Shown here piece by piece: positions 55,872 through 64,000 of a stretch of 64,000 bases of DNA. The stretch is from Mayamaea pseudoterrestris (taxonomy: Eukaryota): positions 1-64,000 of the forward strand of contig BROI01000003.1 in the NCBI GenBank assembly GCA_027923505.1. The letters are read 5' to 3'. Numbering within the stretch: position 1 is the first letter of the stretch; every line of letters begins with the position of its first letter. Under the pieces are notes generated by a model. The model was not told where the DNA came from, searched no databases, and saw only the letters and a program-made list of their open reading frames with translations. The translations under genes were made by a program, and so were the position numbers.

Positions 55872-57560
55872 ATGGGACGCCCAAGTAGCATGCACTTGGC
55901 ACTCTTATCGCTGGTAGTGCTGCATTGGTCTCTGCTTGCCGAAGGCAAACGAGCCGTGATGCCATGGGGCTGGTCGTCAAGCTTGTCAAGGATTGCCAGC
56001 AGCAGCAAACGCACCGCTGCATCATTCATTCTGCAACGTGGAGGTTACCAGGACCAGGAGCATTCATCATCCATCACTGAGCCAGATCAGGAGGAGAGCC
56101 TTGACGATAAAGTTCGTCGGGCCATGGAAAAGCTTGGTCTCACGCCTCCGGCCGCAGAAGAAGAAACGATCGACGCATCATCTGCAACTACAGCAGAAAC
56201 CACATGCGAGGGAGGCGTCTGCGAAATGCCAACACAGCCTACTACAGAGCAGCAGCAGCAGCAAGACCCCGAAGCATTAGCCGATGTCATTTCATCCAGC
56301 ATGAGCATTGACCGATCACTCGCCATGGCTGCCATTGTTGCAACCGCCACCATGCAGGGCGACAAACATTTGTTCAACGAGGTGGCGGCTCGGCAAATGA
56401 TACTGCAGGAGCTTCAAGTCGTGAGTTCCGTTCCAAAGGATTCCGAGCAAGTGCAGCAACTGGTGCAGCAGGAGGGAATTTCAGTGTTCGAGGCGCGGCG
56501 AGCGCTGGCGTTTGCGGATGGAAACATGGACAATGCGCGCGCCATACTATTGGCTGAGAAGGAAGATTTGAAGCTAAATGAGAAGGAGGAGGCAGACACA
56601 GACACTGAAGTGAAAGAAAATAAAGCTGCACCAGAGGCACCAATCAACTTTCCAACTGTTGAAGTCAAGTCAAACTTTGACCCCACCAAAATGGCACAGC
56701 CAGAAGCGCCTCAGGAGAGTGCAGCACCTCCACAACCAGCCGACAAGTCCAAGGTTGTGTTCGAGGCAACCTCCAAGGACATTCAGAAACTAGTCCTTGA
56801 ATCGCCCGTTCCAGTGCTGCTGGACGTTTATGCGGATTGGTGCGGCCCCTGCAAGGTGTTGGGTCCAGCACTGGAAGAAATGGCCGTCAAGAGCGGTGGA
56901 GCCTTTCGACTGGTCAAGGTCAACTCCGACAATGAACGGCCAGTCTCGGGTGCACTCGACGTGACGGCACTGCCAACCGTCTTTGGCGTCAAGAATGGAA
57001 GAATCGTCAACATGTTTCAGGGAATGCCAAAGTCACAGGAAGCCATGCAGAGTTTCATGATGGGTTTGATGGTGAACGAATCGCACTTTAGTCCGCCACT
57101 AACCGAGGAGCAAAAGCAACAATACGCCGATCTTACCTCAAAGCTGGTCAAAATGGCTGGATCGGCCTGCTTTTCATTCTCGGCGCGCGAAGGACTTCAG
57201 GATCGCGTCACGGCGCAACTGGACAAGCTCGCCGAGCAGACTGGAGACTTTTCTATTGCGGAGGAGTCGGCCCAAGTGTTAAAGTCGCTTCTGTTAAACG
57301 TCATTCGCGATCCGTATGCACCAAAGTTTCGAGTTGTCAAGCTTGACAATAAGGTCATTGCCGCGAAGATTAAGCAGTACCCAGCATGCTTGGCGTTTTT
57401 GAAGAATGTTGGATTTTCCGCAACGTCAGAATCGGAACTTGTTCTGCACAAGAACAAGCCGGTCGGCGCCAAGCTCCATCTTGGTCATCATATCCCGATC
57501 CAGCAAGTATTCCTCAAAGGTTTGCGCCTTGTGGCCGCAAATGTTTTCAATGTCATGTGA
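55872..57560 (+). CDS. Truncated chimeric copy of the UBA-thioredoxin-PUB protein
   Basis: Identical to the 58854 copy up to HKNKP(V), then runs into antisense NmrA sequence (GAKLHLGHH...NVM*). Lacks the coiled coil and UBX-like C-terminus. Confidence 0.7.
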   Translation: MGRPSSMHLALLSLVVLHWSLLAEGKRAVMPWGWSSSLSRIASSSKRTAASFILQRGGYQDQEHSSSITEPDQEESLDDKVRRAMEKLGLTPPAAEEETIDASSATTAETTCEGGVCEMPTQPTTEQQQQQDPEALADVISSSMSIDRSLAMAAIVATATMQGDKHLFNEVAARQMILQELQVVSSVPKDSEQVQQLVQQEGISVFEARRALAFADGNMDNARAILLAEKEDLKLNEKEEADTDTEVKENKAAPEAPINFPTVEVKSNFDPTKMAQPEAPQESAAPPQPADKSKVVFEATSKDIQKLVLESPVPVLLDVYADWCGPCKVLGPALEEMAVKSGGAFRLVKVNSDNERPVSGALDVTALPTVFGVKNGRIVNMFQGMPKSQEAMQSFMMGLMVNESHFSPPLTEEQKQQYADLTSKLVKMAGSACFSFSAREGLQDRVTAQLDKLAEQTGDFSIAEESAQVLKSLLLNVIRDPYAPKFRVVKLDNKVIAAKIKQYPACLAFLKNVGFSATSESELVLHKNKPVGAKLHLGHHIPIQQVFLKGLRLVAANVFNVM

Positions 57561-58526
57561 AACAAACGCCGACGTTTCCTCCATGCCCGTCGACTTGACC
57601 TTTTCCAATGCCGCCAAGTCTTGCACGACCCAATGAGGATCGCCGCTCAGCATAATCTCCGTGGTAAACTCGTTGAGTGGCTGGTCAACGTACGTAATGG
57701 GCTTGTTCAAATGCTTGCTCAGCAGGTCGGCAACCTCTTGATCCGTGATTGGTCCCGGACCAGTGAGCTTGTACGTGTGATTGTAGTGCGGTCGAGGCTC
57801 CAACAGCACGCGGACGGCCACTTCGGCAATGTCATTGGGCGAAACGTAATTCACTCCCTTGTTGCCCGACGCACCGTAAAACTTGGCCGGCGTTTTGTCT
57901 TCACGAATCTCATGGTTTTGAAACTGGAAAACGTTGGACATGAAGTGCGTGGCCTTTAGAATGGTGTAACCAAAGTTCATGCGAGGCGCCTCCATCATGA
58001 CGCCCGCGTCGGCAAACGGCGAAAAGTCCAGCTGAGGTGTCGCACAACTGGTGGCGAGCAAGTCGTCCATTTCCGCGTGCATCTTGACCAGCGGAACCTC
58101 GTAAAACGCTTCATGCGGATTGTAAAACGAAAGTTTGACAAAATGCTTGACTCCGGCCGTTTCGCAGGCGTCCAAAAAGACGGGAAAGTGCTTCTGCCAG
58201 TCCTTGGTGTACGCTACCGTGCAAAGAACCGACTTGACATCCTTCAAAGCGTTCGCATAGGTATCCTCGCGGTCCCAGCTAAAGACGGCAATCTCCGCTC
58301 CCTTGAGTCCCATATCTTCCAGCAGCTCCAACTTGCTCGTGCCTAGACGAACCTGCGGGTAACCCGCGTTCAGTAGCTTTAGTGCCACGCGATGACCAAT
58401 AATGCCAGTGCCGCCCGTCACAAAGATGCGACCCGATTCGGGGTCCAAATTGTGAATGCCAAGCATTTCGCCAACGTGGGCGAGACCGGTCAAGCTCTTG
58501 GTGACTGTATCGGTAATCTTGTCCAT
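57426..58526 (-). CDS. NmrA-like SDR, duplicate copy with replaced last 11 residues
   Basis: Identical to 54444-55544 except that the tail is RLVLVQNKFRF instead of PALKPLKELWA. Confidence 0.8.
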   Translation of the reverse strand: MDKITDTVTKSLTGLAHVGEMLGIHNLDPESGRIFVTGGTGIIGHRVALKLLNAGYPQVRLGTSKLELLEDMGLKGAEIAVFSWDREDTYANALKDVKSVLCTVAYTKDWQKHFPVFLDACETAGVKHFVKLSFYNPHEAFYEVPLVKMHAEMDDLLATSCATPQLDFSPFADAGVMMEAPRMNFGYTILKATHFMSNVFQFQNHEIREDKTPAKFYGASGNKGVNYVSPNDIAEVAVRVLLEPRPHYNHTYKLTGPGPITDQEVADLLSKHLNKPITYVDQPLNEFTTEIMLSGDPHWVVQDLAALEKVKSTGMEETSAFVSHDIENICGHKAQTFEEYLLDRDMMTKMELGADRLVLVQNKFRF

Positions 58527-58853
58527 GGTCGTTCAGTTGCTTGGGATTGTTGTTGATGCTGTTGTGTTGCTGTTGCAATCTTGCTATCGCTTATCCGTTG
58601 TTGTGAGCGAGGCAAGCTGCTGGAGCTTTTGCGAACCGCTGGGTTCGGTTGGTTGTCTCATTTAGCCTTTCCGTGGAAGCTTGGCGGTTCGCATATGCAA
58701 TGCATGTGCAATGCGATGCAACGCTTCGTATTGTGGCGATCGAGTACCGATAAGACTCTTTCCAATACCGGAGCGACCTATCTAGCGCGCGCTGGACGAC
58801 AACCATCACACATCACATTCGCTTGCCGACAAGCCTCTTGCTTCCATCTCGTC

Positions 58854-61175
58854 ATGGGACGCCCAAGTAGCATGCACTTGGCACTCTTATCGCTGGTAGT
58901 GCTGCATTGGTCTCTGCTTGCCGAAGGCAAACGAGCCGTGATGCCATGGGGCTGGTCGTCAAGCTTGTCAAGGATTGCCAGCAGCAGCAAACGCACCGCT
59001 GCATCATTCATTCTGCAACGTGGAGGTTACCAGGACCAGGAGCATTCATCATCCATCACTGAGCCAGATCAGGAGGAGAGCCTTGACGATAAAGTTCGTC
59101 GGGCCATGGAAAAGCTTGGTCTCACGCCTCCGGCCGCAGAAGAAGAAACGATCGACGCATCATCTGCAACTACAGCAGAAACCACATGCGAGGGAGGCGT
59201 CTGCGAAATGCCAACACAGCCTACTACAGAGCAGCAGCAGCAGCAAGACCCCGAAGCATTAGCCGATGTCATTTCATCCAGCATGAGCATTGACCGATCA
59301 CTCGCCATGGCTGCCATTGTTGCAACCGCCACCATGCAGGGCGACAAACATTTGTTCAACGAGGTGGCGGCTCGGCAAATGATACTGCAGGAGCTTCAAG
59401 TCGTGAGTTCCGTTCCAAAGGATTCCGAGCAAGTGCAGCAACTGGTGCAGCAGGAGGGAATTTCAGTGTTCGAGGCGCGGCGAGCGCTGGCGTTTGCGGA
59501 TGGAAACATGGACAATGCGCGCGCCATACTATTGGCTGAGAAGGAAGATTTGAAGCTAAATGAGAAGGAGGAGGCAGACACAGACACTGAAGTGAAAGAA
59601 AATAAAGCTGCACCAGAGGCACCAATCAACTTTCCAACTGTTGAAGTCAAGTCAAACTTTGACCCCACCAAAATGGCACAGCCAGAAGCGCCTCAGGAGA
59701 GTGCAGCACCTCCACAACCAGCCGACAAGTCCAAGGTTGTGTTCGAGGCAACCTCCAAGGACATTCAGAAACTAGTCCTTGAATCGCCCGTTCCAGTGCT
59801 GCTGGACGTTTATGCGGATTGGTGCGGCCCCTGCAAGGTGTTGGGTCCAGCACTGGAAGAAATGGCCGTCAAGAGCGGTGGAGCCTTTCGACTGGTCAAG
59901 GTCAACTCCGACAATGAACGGCCAGTCTCGGGTGCACTCGACGTGACGGCACTGCCAACCGTCTTTGGCGTCAAGAATGGAAGAATCGTCAACATGTTTC
60001 AGGGAATGCCAAAGTCACAGGAAGCCATGCAGAGTTTCATGATGGGTTTGATGGTGAACGAATCGCACTTTAGTCCGCCACTAACCGAGGAGCAAAAGCA
60101 ACAATACGCCGATCTTACCTCAAAGCTGGTCAAAATGGCTGGATCGGCCTGCTTTTCATTCTCGGCGCGCGAAGGACTTCAGGATCGCGTCACGGCGCAA
60201 CTGGACAAGCTCGCCGAGCAGACTGGAGACTTTTCTATTGCGGAGGAGTCGGCCCAAGTGTTAAAGTCGCTTCTGTTAAACGTCATTCGCGATCCGTATG
60301 CACCAAAGTTTCGAGTTGTCAAGCTTGACAATAAGGTCATTGCCGCGAAGATTAAGCAGTACCCAGCATGCTTGGCGTTTTTGAAGAATGTTGGATTTTC
60401 CGCAACGTCAGAATCGGAACTTGTTCTGCACAAGAACAAGCCTGTCATTAACGTTGCTCCACTCATTGTGGCGCGCGATACAATTGACAAGTGGCTGGAC
60501 GCTAGTCGGTACGAAGTTGCCAAGGCGGCGCGAAAAAGAAAAGATGAAATTGATCGTGTTCGTGTTCAAAAAGAATTGGAGACTGCGAGGGCTAACGAGC
60601 CCGAGGAGGAAGCATCAGGTGAAGTGTTGGTCGACCCAGATGCATGTACTATCAAGGCGCGGATAGAAGGGAAGAAGAAGATCCATGCGCTCGATTTACG
60701 AGCAGATGACTCGTTGACAAAGGTATTGTCCAAACTGCCAGTTTCGATTCCAGACGGCGAGGAAGTGAAAATAACTTGTGCAGCCAAACGATTAGTTGTC
60801 AGTGCGAGCGACGGAGCTACAATGAAGCAGTCACTTCGACAGCTCGGGCTGCATCCAGCAGCATCAATTGTTGTCGCCATTGGCTCGGAAAGGTCTGCGC
60901 CATCTACTAGTAAAAAGTCAACCAAGTCAAAAATCGCTGACCGAGCAGCGAAGAAGAAAAAGAAAGGAAGTCACACCATGCACTCTATTGGGGTATACGC
61001 AAAGGATGACAACGCCAAGGGTGAACTTATTGACGGTGGAGGCGGTGTGATGTATGAACATGACGTTTCGGACGACGAAGAGGAGAAAGTAAAGGACGTC
61101 AAGCCAGACATTGATAACGAAGAAAATTCCAGCGAAGGTGAAGGGGCGGCTGCTGGCGCAGTGGAAGAAGAGTAG
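58854..61175 (+). CDS. Signal-peptide UBA-thioredoxin-PUB-UBX-like protein (candidate periplastid SELMA/Cdc48 cofactor, sPUB-like)
   Basis: Signal MHLALLSLVVLHWSLLAEG; UBA EARRALAFADGNMDNARAIL; thioredoxin DVYADWCGPCK; PUB NVIRDPYAPKFRVVKLDN..FLKNVGF; ubiquitin-like SLRQLGLHPAASIVV. Confidence 0.85.
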   Translation: MGRPSSMHLALLSLVVLHWSLLAEGKRAVMPWGWSSSLSRIASSSKRTAASFILQRGGYQDQEHSSSITEPDQEESLDDKVRRAMEKLGLTPPAAEEETIDASSATTAETTCEGGVCEMPTQPTTEQQQQQDPEALADVISSSMSIDRSLAMAAIVATATMQGDKHLFNEVAARQMILQELQVVSSVPKDSEQVQQLVQQEGISVFEARRALAFADGNMDNARAILLAEKEDLKLNEKEEADTDTEVKENKAAPEAPINFPTVEVKSNFDPTKMAQPEAPQESAAPPQPADKSKVVFEATSKDIQKLVLESPVPVLLDVYADWCGPCKVLGPALEEMAVKSGGAFRLVKVNSDNERPVSGALDVTALPTVFGVKNGRIVNMFQGMPKSQEAMQSFMMGLMVNESHFSPPLTEEQKQQYADLTSKLVKMAGSACFSFSAREGLQDRVTAQLDKLAEQTGDFSIAEESAQVLKSLLLNVIRDPYAPKFRVVKLDNKVIAAKIKQYPACLAFLKNVGFSATSESELVLHKNKPVINVAPLIVARDTIDKWLDASRYEVAKAARKRKDEIDRVRVQKELETARANEPEEEASGEVLVDPDACTIKARIEGKKKIHALDLRADDSLTKVLSKLPVSIPDGEEVKITCAAKRLVVSASDGATMKQSLRQLGLHPAASIVVAIGSERSAPSTSKKSTKSKIADRAAKKKKKGSHTMHSIGVYAKDDNAKGELIDGGGGVMYEHDVSDDEEEKVKDVKPDIDNEENSSEGEGAAAGAVEEE

Positions 61176-61268
61176 AAGTTGTTGGCAGCGTAGCAAAAGG
61201 CACCAGATTGCTGCGCGATAGATGTTTGACGTATACATATAACACATATTATGCAATGTTACTACATA

Positions 61269-63689
61269 TTAGTCAATCGTCTCCATTGCATACTTGTACT
61301 CAGTAAACATGTCCGAAATCGGGCTACTGGGAAATGTTGCTTCGAAGAAGCCTTCGGACGAAGTTAAATTCCGTGCTCGAAGTTGCTTAATTTGCATTTC
61401 GAAGCTTTCCGCCTCTTGCTCCTTTTCGTTACGAAGCTTCTCCAAGTCTCGGCGAAGCTGAATAGTAGTTCTTTCACCCTCCATAGATTTCTCCAGAAGC
61501 GACGCAATGGCCGTATTGCTGTCTTGGAGCCGAGTACGCGACTCTTGCATCATTGACTTATTGGCCTTCTCTAGTGATGATATGATCATTTTCGCGTTCA
61601 CCAATGATTCTGTTTCAAGTCGCCATTGTTTTTGGTACGTGGCAGCGTCAGTCCGAGCTCTAATTAACTCATCATGGAGATGTCGCATTTCCTTCAGTAT
61701 TGATCCTTGTTGAGTGTCGCTGAATATCTGACCACCACCATGAGCAAGCAACGTAGCTAGTGCTTCTGTCTGTGAAGGACTATATGTAGTGATAGCCAAC
61801 GATGAAGAAGCAGGAGTAGCAGTCCTGGTTTCTTCAAGTTCAGAAGCTTCCGTGGCGTCATCGGAAATGTAGCCCACGTCGCCGTCATCAACCTTGAGAC
61901 TGTCTCGCAGCACTGCAAGCTCTCGCTCTTTCTTCGCAAGTAGTTCCATGTTAGTCTGACACTGTTCGCGCAGGCTCAGAATTTCCTGACGCATGGAATC
62001 AACTTGATTGTCATTGTGACGATGACTCTCTTCCTTGAGCCTCTTCGTCTCCTCCCTTTGCCGCTTCAAAGCATCCTCGACTCGATGCAGCTGACGTGTC
62101 TTTTCCTCCAACTCTCTGTGTAATCGCCTTGGATCTGACGGCATGGTAATGGCCGGAGTCGGGCTTCTAGTTGCATCAACGCTTGAATCTACACTGCTAG
62201 CATCTGTCTCGACAAAGCTCGCTTCTGGCATTGTCTCGTGCAAAAGTTGCAAACTTGCTTTCATCGCGGAGATGGAATCGTCCAAAGCAGCACCTACCCT
62301 TTCCAAGGCAGAAGCGTCACCACCATCAGATGCTTTCATGTCACACGCTTGAGCATGCACATCCCTCACGTTCTTCTCCAGACGAGCCGTCAATGCCAGC
62401 TGGCGCTGCTGCTTGCTAGTAGTACTGCCTCCAATACTATGCATCGGAACGTTGCGCTGCAAGTCACGCAACTGCGTCGCCAAGGAATCAAGTCGCTTCT
62501 GCTTGTCCGCCGCATCCACCGTGAGCGAATGTATCGCATCGTCCTTGGCTTTGAGCTTGCTTCGAAGGTCAGCCGCGAGAGAACCGCTCGCTTGCTCCAA
62601 GGATGTGATAATCATCTTGGCGTTCTCAAGCGCCAAGCTCTTTTCCTCGAGCTCCTTGGCGAGCTTGGTAGTTTCGTCTGTTGCATTATGAACGCTATCA
62701 TCCTCGTTGCCAGGCAGCTTGCCCTTCGCCTGGCTTGAGCTGCTGGAAGCAACATGGGTTGATTGAGCCTCTTGCTGCTTGACATCAGTAGCAAAATTAT
62801 TGTTCTTCGCCTTTTCGAAAACACTCATGCACGTTTCCCACAATTGTCGCTCCTGACGGTTCAATCCATAGGGCATTTTCACGTAATGACTAGATCCAGC
62901 CGCCGCCTGCAGCGCCTGCGTCATGCGCGCCAGCGAGTTGGTCGGATATTGATGTGGGGACGAGTCATCGTCCACGCCGCCGTCACCCAGTGAACTAACG
63001 TCGTCCGGTGGTTCCACGTTGGTTGTCTTGCTTTTAACGCGACTCAACGAGTTTGCTGCTGATGCACCACTCGCTCCACCAACATTGTTATTCGCCGCAT
63101 ACTGCCCATGGCTCAAGTTGCTTGGCAGCGACGAGCTGGACACTTTGCGCGCCAGCTGTCCGCGCGGAGGCGTGTACGCACTGCTCGACGGCGGTCGTTG
63201 CCACCAGCGGGGCGCCAGCTTGGGCGGCGTGATTAGAGCAGCAGGTGCAACGTTGTGAGACTGCAGCAAGTCATCCGGCAGTGTCAATAGTGCGGGGACT
63301 TTGTTGCTGCTATCTGCAGCAACTGCGGCGGCTTCCATTGTTTGATTGACGCGAGGCGACAGCCGGGGTCGGGGAGCATCATCCACGTCCCAGGTGCGCA
63401 TGGACAAGACATGTATCCCCGTAGGCGGAACTGGTAGAGTCTTGCTTGAGTGACTTGCTGCATCTTCCAATGCCATGGTGACTGGAACCATGGTAGTCTT
63501 GTTGTTGATTTTGCCATCGCTAGCCGTTGAAGGCAGCTGCGCTGGCGACGTCGGAAGCTCGGGCGCACATTCATCGTCTAGCGACACTTCCACTCGATCT
63601 GCATTGCCTCTTCCTCCTTTGAACGTGGCGAGACGCCGGTTCCGTCGATCCCGGGCCGTTGCAACGAGAGAAGCGCTGCTGCTGCTCAT
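61269..63689 (-). CDS. Hypothetical coiled-coil protein with disordered N-terminus
   Basis: ~806-aa ORF with a heptad-rich C-terminal half and a duplicated NAKMII.SLE.A motif. Confidence 0.8.
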   Translation of the reverse strand: MSSSSASLVATARDRRNRRLATFKGGRGNADRVEVSLDDECAPELPTSPAQLPSTASDGKINNKTTMVPVTMALEDAASHSSKTLPVPPTGIHVLSMRTWDVDDAPRPRLSPRVNQTMEAAAVAADSSNKVPALLTLPDDLLQSHNVAPAALITPPKLAPRWWQRPPSSSAYTPPRGQLARKVSSSSLPSNLSHGQYAANNNVGGASGASAANSLSRVKSKTTNVEPPDDVSSLGDGGVDDDSSPHQYPTNSLARMTQALQAAAGSSHYVKMPYGLNRQERQLWETCMSVFEKAKNNNFATDVKQQEAQSTHVASSSSSQAKGKLPGNEDDSVHNATDETTKLAKELEEKSLALENAKMIITSLEQASGSLAADLRSKLKAKDDAIHSLTVDAADKQKRLDSLATQLRDLQRNVPMHSIGGSTTSKQQRQLALTARLEKNVRDVHAQACDMKASDGGDASALERVGAALDDSISAMKASLQLLHETMPEASFVETDASSVDSSVDATRSPTPAITMPSDPRRLHRELEEKTRQLHRVEDALKRQREETKRLKEESHRHNDNQVDSMRQEILSLREQCQTNMELLAKKERELAVLRDSLKVDDGDVGYISDDATEASELEETRTATPASSSLAITTYSPSQTEALATLLAHGGGQIFSDTQQGSILKEMRHLHDELIRARTDAATYQKQWRLETESLVNAKMIISSLEKANKSMMQESRTRLQDSNTAIASLLEKSMEGERTTIQLRRDLEKLRNEKEQEAESFEMQIKQLRARNLTSSEGFFEATFPSSPISDMFTEYKYAMETID

Positions 63690-64000
63690 TTGCAAAACGC
63701 GAAGAATGCAGGCAGCAGAAATGAGGCTGAATTGCGTAAATCTTTTTTCAGCAGTCCATAAAGCTTGCTGCTCGCATTGTTTTTAAACTATATTATATTT
63801 GAGAGGTTTGGATCGACGCAGTCCTTGGAGTTTGCCTGCCGAGTCGCTGCAACAAGCAACAGCAAGACGAATGCATGTGCATCATCGTCGTCGCGCCGTT
63901 TGCAACGCATTCGGGCGACGAGCAGACGATCTAAAAGGATGTCGCAACGGTGAAAGCTTGGCGCGCCGGTGACGACATCCGTGTCAATCCGCACGCAACC

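Larger units (their letters stand above)
54479..60442. repeat. Direct tandem duplication of a 2982-bp unit (54479-57460 and 57461-60442)
   Basis: Every ORF recurs at offset 2982; junction agaacaagcc|ggtcggcgcc at 57460/57461. No sequence differences noticed by eye. Confidence 0.96.

Noticed and set aside
1..64000. Numerous 60-230 aa ORFs overlapping or antisense to the main genes
   Set aside because: Shadow frames of real CDSs; no independent motifs.
1..64000. tRNA, rRNA, snRNA, riboswitch and CRISPR arrays
   Set aside because: No recognisable cloverleaf, rRNA or snRNA signature or repeat-spacer array by eye; a covariance-model search was not possible.

Overview
Gene-dense eukaryotic nuclear DNA with short GT-AG introns and bipartite signal-plus-transit peptides. 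This points to a diatom, probably a raphid pennate (inference). Conserved genes: CDC40/PRP17, RPL18, an enoyl-CoA hydratase, RAE1, mitoribosomal mL53, an EXS-domain protein, a plastid rubredoxin, a PLAC8 protein, ALG1, ISWI (10 introns), TYW1, a 3007-aa UBR1/PRT6-type N-recognin, UTP23, a CreA-family protein, SmD3, plastid RPL9, an NmrA-like SDR and a signal-peptide UBA-thioredoxin-PUB protein. Orphan ORFs and decayed gene remnants lie between them. Main observations: (1) the palindrome TACCGGTA occurs 8 times, always intergenic and mostly 105-175 nt upstream of a start codon; (2) an apparently exact 2982-bp tandem duplication creates two chimeric overlapping genes; (3) a ~440-bp MITE has TIRs carrying TGACGTCA; (4) two paralogous RING plus helical-domain genes, one spliced to an ELM2-SANT-PHD module; (5) a hidden second 5' splice site in the SmD3 intron; (6) a CysRS-like tail on TYW1; (7) an SH3b-like insert in the UBR RING. 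All homology calls come from motif recognition by eye; no searches were run.
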